A DNA stretch of 64,000 nt, from NCBI GenBank assembly GCA_014192625.1, contig BJHM01000001.1, positions 187,725-251,724 of the forward strand. Direction: 5' to 3'. This DNA comes from Planctomycetota bacterium. Its GTDB lineage: Bacteria; Planctomycetota; UBA1135; UBA2386. The notes beneath the pieces were generated by a model. The model was not told where the DNA came from, did not search any database, and saw only the letters and a list, made by a program, of their open reading frames with translations. This document shows positions 35,367 through 42,459 of the stretch, piece after piece. Position numbers and translations under genes: made by a program. Within the stretch, counting starts at the first letter, position 1. Each line of letters begins with the position of its first letter.

Positions 35367-37532
35367 ATGAGCCAATCATTCCTCGACGATCTGAACGATG
35401 CGCAGCGTGCCGCGGTGCTGCATGGCGAAGGCCCGCTCATGGTGCTGGCTGGTGCTGGCTCTGGCAAGACGCGGGTGGTGACTCGCCGCATTGCACGATT
35501 GCTCGATCAGGGCGTTCGCTCAAGTCAGATCCTAGCGTTGACGTTCACCAACAAAGCCGCTGGCGAGATGGCTAATCGCGTGCAGGCGCTGTTTGGTGGT
35601 TACGTGCGGGTTGCGACCTTCCATTCGGCTTGCGCGCGCTTTTTGCGGAGCGACGCGACATTGCTCGGCTACCCAGCCAACTTCTCGATCTACGACACCT
35701 ACGACCGTGACTCGCTGATCAAATCGTTGCTCGAGGATGTCGGCCTGACTTCAACCAAGGTCAAGCCAGCGGCGGTCGGCAGCATGGTCTCGCGGCTCAA
35801 GAACTGCGCGACCAAGCCCGGCGATTCTGTGCTCGGTGACAACGACATCGCGCGAGCCGTCGAGCGGATTTGGCAGCGTTACGAAGAGCGAATGCAGCAG
35901 CTGGGCGCGATGGATTTTGATGATCTGCTGCTGTGCTTCCTGCGCCTTTTGCGGGAACACCCGCAAAAGGCCGAGAGCTACCGCGAACGGTTCCCATGGC
36001 TACTCGTAGACGAGTTCCAGGACACCAATCGCGTGCAATACGACATCCTGCGCGCGCTCAGCAAGCAAGACGGCAACATCTGCGTTGTCGGTGACCCGGA
36101 TCAGTCGATCTATGGCTTTCGTGGCGCCGAAGTGCGCAACATCCTCGATTTTGAGGATCACTATCCCGGCACGACGGTGGTGCGCCTCGAACAGAACTAC
36201 CGTAGCTCGGCCAATATTCTTTCCGCCGCCGAGTCGGTCATCGAGAACAACAAACTAAGAAAGCAGAAGCGGCTGCGGACCGACAACGCGCCCGGCGACA
36301 AGTTGCTGCTGTTCCACGCCGGTGGGCCTAGCGAAGAGGCGGATGCGATTGCGGATCGCGTGCTCGGGCTCTCCGGCGAGGGCGCTGCGCTTGATCAGAT
36401 CGCGATTTTCTATCGGGCGCACTACCTCTCGCGCTCCATCGAGCAGTCCCTCAAAGACAAGGGCGTGCCGTATGAGATTGTCGGCGGCCTGACGTTCTTC
36501 GAGCGCCGTGAGATCAAGGACCTGCTCGCCTACCTGCGCGTGTTGGTCAATCCGCTCGATGATGTCAGCATGCAGCGCATCATCAATGTGCCGCCACGGG
36601 GACTTGGCAAGACTTCGCTCGACAAGTTGAAGGACGCGGCTGCTGCCGAAGGCATGTCGTTGCGCGAAGGCGTTTCATTGTCGGAGTTGCACGTTGGCCT
36701 CTCGGCGAAATCGCGCAAGGCGCTCCTGCAGCTGGGCGAGGCGCTCGATAAGGCGCAGGCAGCGTCTTCGCGCGGCGCGCACCAGGCCCTCAAGGTGATC
36801 CTCGAAGGCACTGGCTACATCCAGCATGCGACCGGCATTGGTGACCCGGATGACATTGCGCGGGAAGAGAACATCCAAGAGTTGGTGTCTGACACGATCT
36901 CGTTCGACGAAAAGAATGGCGAAGGGCTTGCCGGTTATCTCCAGCACGTCTCATTGCTGACCTCGGCAGATCGCAACGGCGGCAGTGGTCCAGCAGTGCA
37001 GATGATGAGCGTGCACGCGGCGAAGGGCCTTGAGTTTGATCACGTCTTCATTGCTGGACTCGAAGACTCGGTGTTTCCAAGTATGCGCGCAGCGGCGGCC
37101 AAGGACGGGATCGAAGAAGAGCGCCGCTTGATGTATGTCGCGTTGACTCGTGCGCGCCGCACGTTGTTCTTGAGTCACGCGCGCGAACGCATGGTCAATG
37201 GCTCCATGGAACGGATGCAGCCGTCGCGGTTCTTGAAGGAGATCCCCAAGGGGCTGCTGGCGGATCACGAAGCTGTATGGCATCGATTTTCCAGAGAAGA
37301 GGATCGCGCCGACTGGAGTCCCGACCCTGACCCTGACCCGGACGCGGTGATTCAGGTCAGCGTCGGCGCGCGGGTGCGGCACGACATGTACGGCGCGGGC
37401 ACCATTCGCCGCGTCAGTGGGATGGGGATCATGTCGCGTGCGGTGGTGCGCTTTGACGATGGCATCGATCGTGAACTCATCCTCGAGTATGCGGGATTGC
37501 AGCAGCTTGGTGACGGAGACTTTGACCTGTGA
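35367..37532 (+). CDS. pcrA: ATP-dependent DNA helicase, UvrD/PcrA family
   Basis: Trimmed to ATG 35367. SF1 motifs AGAGSGKT, TFTNKAA, LVDEFQDTN, VGDPDQSIYGFRGA, LEQNYRS, VHAAKGLEFDHVF and YVALTRAR. C-terminal Tudor-like tail. Confidence 0.9.
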   Translation: MSQSFLDDLNDAQRAAVLHGEGPLMVLAGAGSGKTRVVTRRIARLLDQGVRSSQILALTFTNKAAGEMANRVQALFGGYVRVATFHSACARFLRSDATLLGYPANFSIYDTYDRDSLIKSLLEDVGLTSTKVKPAAVGSMVSRLKNCATKPGDSVLGDNDIARAVERIWQRYEERMQQLGAMDFDDLLLCFLRLLREHPQKAESYRERFPWLLVDEFQDTNRVQYDILRALSKQDGNICVVGDPDQSIYGFRGAEVRNILDFEDHYPGTTVVRLEQNYRSSANILSAAESVIENNKLRKQKRLRTDNAPGDKLLLFHAGGPSEEADAIADRVLGLSGEGAALDQIAIFYRAHYLSRSIEQSLKDKGVPYEIVGGLTFFERREIKDLLAYLRVLVNPLDDVSMQRIINVPPRGLGKTSLDKLKDAAAAEGMSLREGVSLSELHVGLSAKSRKALLQLGEALDKAQAASSRGAHQALKVILEGTGYIQHATGIGDPDDIAREENIQELVSDTISFDEKNGEGLAGYLQHVSLLTSADRNGGSGPAVQMMSVHAAKGLEFDHVFIAGLEDSVFPSMRAAAAKDGIEEERRLMYVALTRARRTLFLSHARERMVNGSMERMQPSRFLKEIPKGLLADHEAVWHRFSREEDRADWSPDPDPDPDAVIQVSVGARVRHDMYGAGTIRRVSGMGIMSRAVVRFDDGIDRELILEYAGLQQLGDGDFDL

Positions 37533-38434
37533 CCGAGCGTGCAGCATTGCAAGCAGAGTTCTCTGCGTTGCTATTGCGCGCGGTTTCGCTGGCCGACCGG
37601 GCACTGCTCGATGACTGGCGGGCAATCCTCGATGCGCTGCCAGCAGCGGCAGTCCCGGAGCTCGCTGCCGATGATCTGTGGCAAGGGCTGTTGGGCAACT
37701 GCGCGGCGATGCTGCAACTCCGGACACGAATCCAAAAGTTTGCCCCTGCCGACGCGCCCGTCTTGATCACCGGCGAGAGTGGCACTGGCAAGGAGAAGGT
37801 CGCGCGCGCATTGCATGATCTCAGTCGCCGTAAAGCACAGCCGATGGTTGCGGAGAACTGCGCTGCGATCCCTGACACGCTGCTGGAGTCGGTGCTCTTT
37901 GGTCATGTGAAGGGCGCGTTCACCGGTGCCGTGAAAGACCACCCCGGGCACTTTTTGTCGGCTGATCATGGCACTTTGTTCCTCGACGAAATCGGCGACA
38001 TGAAGTTGCCGATGCAGGTGAAGCTTTTGCGAGCGCTGCAAGAAAGCGAAGTGCGGCCGGTGGGTGGCAGTAAGGTCAGGAAGGTGGATGTGCGCGTGAT
38101 CGCAGCGACCAACTCGGACCTGGAAAACGCAGTCAAGCAGGGCCGCTTCCGAGAAGACCTATATTTTCGCTTGAACGTGTTGCGAATCGGTCTGCCGCCG
38201 CTGCGTGACCGTGGGAATGACATCGTGTTGCTGGCCCGCAGCTTTCTGGCCGAAGCCAGTGCGAGGAGTGGCCGTAGGCTCACGCTATCGCCGGAAGCCG
38301 AGGCCGTGATCGTGGCGCTGCGCTGGCCCGGCAATGTCCGTCAGTTGCAGAATGAAATGCAGCGACTTGCGGCATTGTGCACTGGCAGCGAGGCGCGAGT
38401 GCGCGATATCTCCAGCGAAGCGCTCGGGCGATAG
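37529..38434 (+). CDS. sigma-54 interaction (AAA+) domain protein lacking both receiver and DNA-binding domains
   Basis: 301 aa. GTG start overlaps the pcrA stop (GTGA). GESGTGKE, GAFTGA, GTLFLDEIG, VRVIAATN and WPGNVRQL are all present. There are only ~57 aa before the AAA+ core, and the protein ends ~25 aa after it without an HTH. Confidence 0.85.
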   Translation: MTERAALQAEFSALLLRAVSLADRALLDDWRAILDALPAAAVPELAADDLWQGLLGNCAAMLQLRTRIQKFAPADAPVLITGESGTGKEKVARALHDLSRRKAQPMVAENCAAIPDTLLESVLFGHVKGAFTGAVKDHPGHFLSADHGTLFLDEIGDMKLPMQVKLLRALQESEVRPVGGSKVRKVDVRVIAATNSDLENAVKQGRFREDLYFRLNVLRIGLPPLRDRGNDIVLLARSFLAEASARSGRRLTLSPEAEAVIVALRWPGNVRQLQNEMQRLAALCTGSEARVRDISSEALGR

Positions 38435-38481
38435 CCGTAGGTTCAGTGTGGTCCATTGGTTTGCGGGGGGGCGGAAAATCG

Positions 38482-38508
38482 TGGAACCCTACCTGGCTAT
38501 GGACCGTC
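38482..38508 (+). promoter_or_regulatory. candidate ECF-sigma-type promoter, TGGAACC-N15-CCGTC
   Basis: The sequence gTGGAACCctacctggctatggaCCGTCtc ends 117 nt before ATG 38626. It has the same 7-mer and 5-mer as 15226..15251. Confidence 0.5.
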
Positions 38509-38625
38509 TCAGCCCTCGCTGGGCATGGAAAAGCTGCGCCGCCCAGTTCTAATCTTCTACAAGCAATCGGCAGGGCCTATCTAGGGTCTGACGGATTGCT
38601 TTTACAGTCCTTTACGAGGGTTCGA

Positions 38626-41600
38626 ATGTCCAGTTACAGTCGCCATGCTGGTGGAGTTGGCGGTTTTTTTTTGGCAGTAAGCATCGCCCTCGGGCAGAAA
38701 CCTAGCCAATCGATTGGTATCCAATCGGCGGAGGATTTTGCGCGGCAGCAGATTGCGCTCGGCATTCCAGATCCTCGATTTGACGCAAGGAGTCAGGCGG
38801 AGAATCCCGCCTGGCAGCGATTCCTGGCAACCGCCGGCGGACAGTGGATCAGTCATTGGTCGCCCGCCACGAATACGCCAACTGCCGTCTTCGGTACTGG
38901 CCTTTCGATCGCAGATTGGCGCGGCAACTCGCAAGCTGAGGCAAGTAGGCACGCACGGCAACTCTTGGTCGACCAGCAGGAGTTGCTCGGCTTGGGCACC
39001 AGTGAGTTCCGTGAAGCGATCGCCGCGCGCATCGGCGGCATGTGGTCGTTCGTTTATGATCAGTATTACCGCGGCCTCCCAGTGCTAGCTGGTCGCGCCG
39101 ATGTGCGCGTGCACATGACGGGCAAGGTGTCGATGTTTGGTAGCGCGGCACTGCCGATTGCCGCCGACTTCGTGATCGTGCCCTCGATTGATGAGCTCAA
39201 CGCAGCACGCATCAGCTGGCAGGCCCTTGGCCAGCAGCCGCGCGCAAAGCAGCCCAACGACAAGCGGCCGCTGCGGCTGGTGATCTATGGCGACCTAAAA
39301 GCGCCTGCCTTGACTAAGGCTCAGCTTGCTTATGAGGTGCCGGTGTCGGCGGTCGATTTCGAAGGTCGCGGCCCCATTGGGCGCTACTTGATCGATGCGC
39401 ACAGCGGCGAAGTGCTGACCTACATCAATGACAAGCACGAGTGTGGCATTCCGGGCTGCACCTACCCGCCCAATGGCTTCACGAATGGCGGCACGGATGA
39501 AAAGCCCCCGGCCCTGATTGGCGCAGCACTACCACCAACCACCGGCATCGTGAGAGGCTTTACGCGCACCGGCAACGTCGCATCAGACGCGCTCGTCAAC
39601 GTGCCACTCGCGGGCGTTGAATTGTCGATCCCCGGCGTCGGTATCGTGGTGACAGATGCGAACGGCAGCTTCGCGGCGACGATCGCGAGCCCCGTCGTTG
39701 TGGTCGCCACGCTGGATGGCATACACAATCAATTGATCCTTGGCGCAACTGCCCCGACGGTAACGTTCACGCTCACTCCGGGTGTGCCAGCAGTCGTGCA
39801 GTTTCTGACTAGCCTTGCATCACCTGAGGCTGCCGCGCACACGTCGACTTACTGGTGGGTCAATAAAGTCAACGAGTTCAGCCGCTCGATCCTGGGCAAC
39901 TCAGCGCAGCTCAATATTGCGGACGCCGTCTTGCCGTCGGTCAACCTCGCGTCGACCTGCAACGCCTACTACACCAATAACACGATCAACTTTTATGCGA
40001 CCGGCGGCGGCTGTGCGAACACTGCGTTTTCGACTGTCGTCGCCCACGAATGGGGACACGGTCTTGACGAGCGCTACGGTGGCATTTCGCAAGTGAATGG
40101 GCTTAGCGAAGCCTGGGGCGACATCCTCGCGATGTATTTGACCGACACGCCGATCGTCGGCGATGGCTTCTTCACTACGGGCGGCTTCATTCGCACTGGT
40201 AATAATACGCGGCAGTATCCAAGCGGCACCGGCGTGCACCAGCAGGGCGAGTCCTTCATGGGCTTTGCCTGGAATCTGCGCGATGGACTTGCCGTCTCGC
40301 TTGGCAGTCGCGCGCTAGCAATAGCGCTTTCCAACACTCTTGTAGTTGGCTCGATCGCGGCCAATGCCCCGGATCAATATGGGGCAGTCACGCAGATATT
40401 CCTCGCCGATGACAACGACGGCAACCTACTGAACGGCACGCCTCACTCGAGCCAGTTGATCTTTGCCTGCAACCTGCACTCACTGCCAAACCCAGTCAAC
40501 CCGCCGACCTCTCCCGCCAACGACGAGTGCCTCAACGCGATCTCAATCACGAGTGGCGTGAATGGCCCCTACACGAATTCGTTTTCGACCACTTCGTCGG
40601 CATGGCCATGTGCATTAGGTAGCGCCGACGTCTGGTTCAGATACGTGCCGGTCAGCTCAGGAACGGTCACTGTCGACATCTGCGGCGTGGCGACTTTTGA
40701 TACTGCGCTTGAGATCCTTTTCGGCTCGTGCGGCGCGCTCACTTCGCTGTCCTGCAACGACGACTCCTGCACTCTTCAGTCCAGCGTGACCGCGCCGATT
40801 ACCGCTGGCACTGTCTACTTCGTTCGGGTCGGCGGCTACAGCGGCGCGATGGGCCCGTTCAGCATCAATCTGACTGGTCCTCCGGGCGGCGGCGGAACTG
40901 TGCCAGCTGCCACGACCAACTACGGCATTGGTTGCTACATCGATTCGCGCTCGTTTTACGAGAGCTTCCCAACGGCGGGAGCGTTTGACTTGAGCAACTT
41001 GAACATGCGACTGGCCAGCTCCGGCGGTCGCTACATCGCATCGGCGGCTGGCAACTACGTTGCGCCAACAGGAGCGGCGACAGTGCTTGCGCTCACGGAC
41101 GACTCGGAGGTCAGCGTCGCACTCCTTGGCGCCTTCCCGTATCCGGGCGGCACTACGTCATCGTTGGTGGTCTGCTCCAACGGTTTCGTTTCGGTTGCCA
41201 CCGGCAACGGTTCCGGTTTTACACCGAATGCGTTCCAGTGGCTCAGTAGCGCGCAGATGCGCTGGGGCGATTGGCACGACTATAACCCATCCTCGGGCGT
41301 GGGCCGCGTCAAGTTTGAGCAGGTCGGCTCGGTGGCTTTCGTGACATGGGATGGTGTTGTCGACTTTGGCGCTACGACGGTCAACACGTGGCAACTGCAG
41401 TTCAATCTGAGCAACGGGAGCGTCACCTACGCATGGAGCACGATGAGTAACGGTGGCAACCCGCACCTCGTCGGCTTTGCCGCCGGTGGGGCATCTAATG
41501 ACCTCGGCAGTCGCGATATCTCGACTTCGCTTCTGGGTGGATTTTCGACGGGCGCTGCCAACTCGGTGGGGCTTCTGCAAGCGAGCTCGTTGCCGCAAAT

Positions 41601-41919
41601 CGGCACGACACTCACGATCACGACCAGTGGCTACCCAAGTGGTGCGGCGCTCGGCGTTGGCTTCCTCAGCTTTACCCGTCACGACCCTGGTCTGGATTTG
41701 ACGTCACTCGGCATGCCGAACTGCTTTCAGTATGTCGGGCTCGATATCTCCTACGTCATGATTGCCAGCTTAGGTCAGTCGACGTTTACGCTGACGATCC
41801 CTAACAATCCGGCGCTGGCTGGGTTGGCCTTCCAGAGTCAGGCATTCGCTTTGGTTCCGGGCATAAACAGTCAGGGCGCGATCTCGTCAAACGGCGTGCG
41901 CCTCGTGATCGGCACTTAG
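38626..41919 (+). CDS. secreted multidomain M4-like (thermolysin-type) zinc metalloprotease
   Basis: ORF 38377.. trimmed to ATG 38626 (GAGGG 6 nt upstream), giving a signal-like N-terminus. FTP/PepSY-like propeptide, HEWGH...GLSEAWGDI (HExxH plus a downstream Glu ligand pattern), Cys-framed domain NDECLNA...CNDDSC...VRVGGY, then the 332-aa module shared with 15283..17013. Confidence 0.8.
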   Translation: MSSYSRHAGGVGGFFLAVSIALGQKPSQSIGIQSAEDFARQQIALGIPDPRFDARSQAENPAWQRFLATAGGQWISHWSPATNTPTAVFGTGLSIADWRGNSQAEASRHARQLLVDQQELLGLGTSEFREAIAARIGGMWSFVYDQYYRGLPVLAGRADVRVHMTGKVSMFGSAALPIAADFVIVPSIDELNAARISWQALGQQPRAKQPNDKRPLRLVIYGDLKAPALTKAQLAYEVPVSAVDFEGRGPIGRYLIDAHSGEVLTYINDKHECGIPGCTYPPNGFTNGGTDEKPPALIGAALPPTTGIVRGFTRTGNVASDALVNVPLAGVELSIPGVGIVVTDANGSFAATIASPVVVVATLDGIHNQLILGATAPTVTFTLTPGVPAVVQFLTSLASPEAAAHTSTYWWVNKVNEFSRSILGNSAQLNIADAVLPSVNLASTCNAYYTNNTINFYATGGGCANTAFSTVVAHEWGHGLDERYGGISQVNGLSEAWGDILAMYLTDTPIVGDGFFTTGGFIRTGNNTRQYPSGTGVHQQGESFMGFAWNLRDGLAVSLGSRALAIALSNTLVVGSIAANAPDQYGAVTQIFLADDNDGNLLNGTPHSSQLIFACNLHSLPNPVNPPTSPANDECLNAISITSGVNGPYTNSFSTTSSAWPCALGSADVWFRYVPVSSGTVTVDICGVATFDTALEILFGSCGALTSLSCNDDSCTLQSSVTAPITAGTVYFVRVGGYSGAMGPFSINLTGPPGGGGTVPAATTNYGIGCYIDSRSFYESFPTAGAFDLSNLNMRLASSGGRYIASAAGNYVAPTGAATVLALTDDSEVSVALLGAFPYPGGTTSSLVVCSNGFVSVATGNGSGFTPNAFQWLSSAQMRWGDWHDYNPSSGVGRVKFEQVGSVAFVTWDGVVDFGATTVNTWQLQFNLSNGSVTYAWSTMSNGGNPHLVGFAAGGASNDLGSRDISTSLLGGFSTGAANSVGLLQASSLPQIGTTLTITTSGYPSGAALGVGFLSFTRHDPGLDLTSLGMPNCFQYVGLDISYVMIASLGQSTFTLTIPNNPALAGLAFQSQAFALVPGINSQGAISSNGVRLVIGT

Positions 41920-42007
41920 TTGCCGCGGCAAAGTTTGCGAGCCAAGGTAGCATTCATGCCGAATGCTCGCAGCTTTGCCGAAAAATCCCAAACCACACTA
42001 GGCCCCC

Positions 42008-42307
42008 ATGTTTTCGCATGTCGTGGTGTTTTGGACTGATCCCAAAAACCCGCTCGCGGCCGACGCGTTGCTGCATGGCGCACGGCGATACTTGCAGCCC
42101 ATTCCGGGCGTGCTGAGTTTTCACATTGGCAAGATGGTCGGCAGTGACCGCCCGGTTGTCGAGCAGTCCTATCAAGTCGCGCTCAACCTGATTTTCGCCG
42201 ACCAGCAGGCGCAGGACACTTATCAGGGGCACCCTTTGCACCTTGAGTTTGTCGAGCGCGCATTCCTGCCCAACTGCGTGAAGTGCGTCGTCTACGACTT
42301 CGCATGA
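42008..42307 (+). CDS. Dabb (stress-responsive alpha/beta-barrel) domain protein
   Basis: 99 aa. MFSHVVVFW...L..IPGV..F..G...... and a C-terminal HP.H..F pattern. Confidence 0.75.
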   Translation: MFSHVVVFWTDPKNPLAADALLHGARRYLQPIPGVLSFHIGKMVGSDRPVVEQSYQVALNLIFADQQAQDTYQGHPLHLEFVERAFLPNCVKCVVYDFA

Positions 42308-42459
42308 GCACCAAAGCGCGGGGCTGACCTACCGCGCTCAATGCAGAATGCGTCCTCGGGCCAATCACTGGGGCCGGTCGCCCTGCTCCTTGCTAGTATG
42401 TGATGCCCGCTGGTTTGTTCGCTGCCAGCGTTCTTGGTTACCCTTGCCATTCGCTGCCG

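Noticed and set aside
38435-38625. Sigma-54 promoter upstream of the metalloprotease gene, directly downstream of the AAA-only activator
   Set aside because: The best candidates (TGGtccattggtTTGC at ~38448; GGGtctgacggaTTGC at ~38584) have the GG-to-GC spacing off by one nucleotide. Sigma-54 promoters do not tolerate this.
41917-41940. The palindrome TTGCCGCGGCAA right after the protease stop, considered as a terminator
   Set aside because: The stem is only about 5 bp once a loop is allowed, and the following AGTTTG is a poor U-tract. It is too weak to call.
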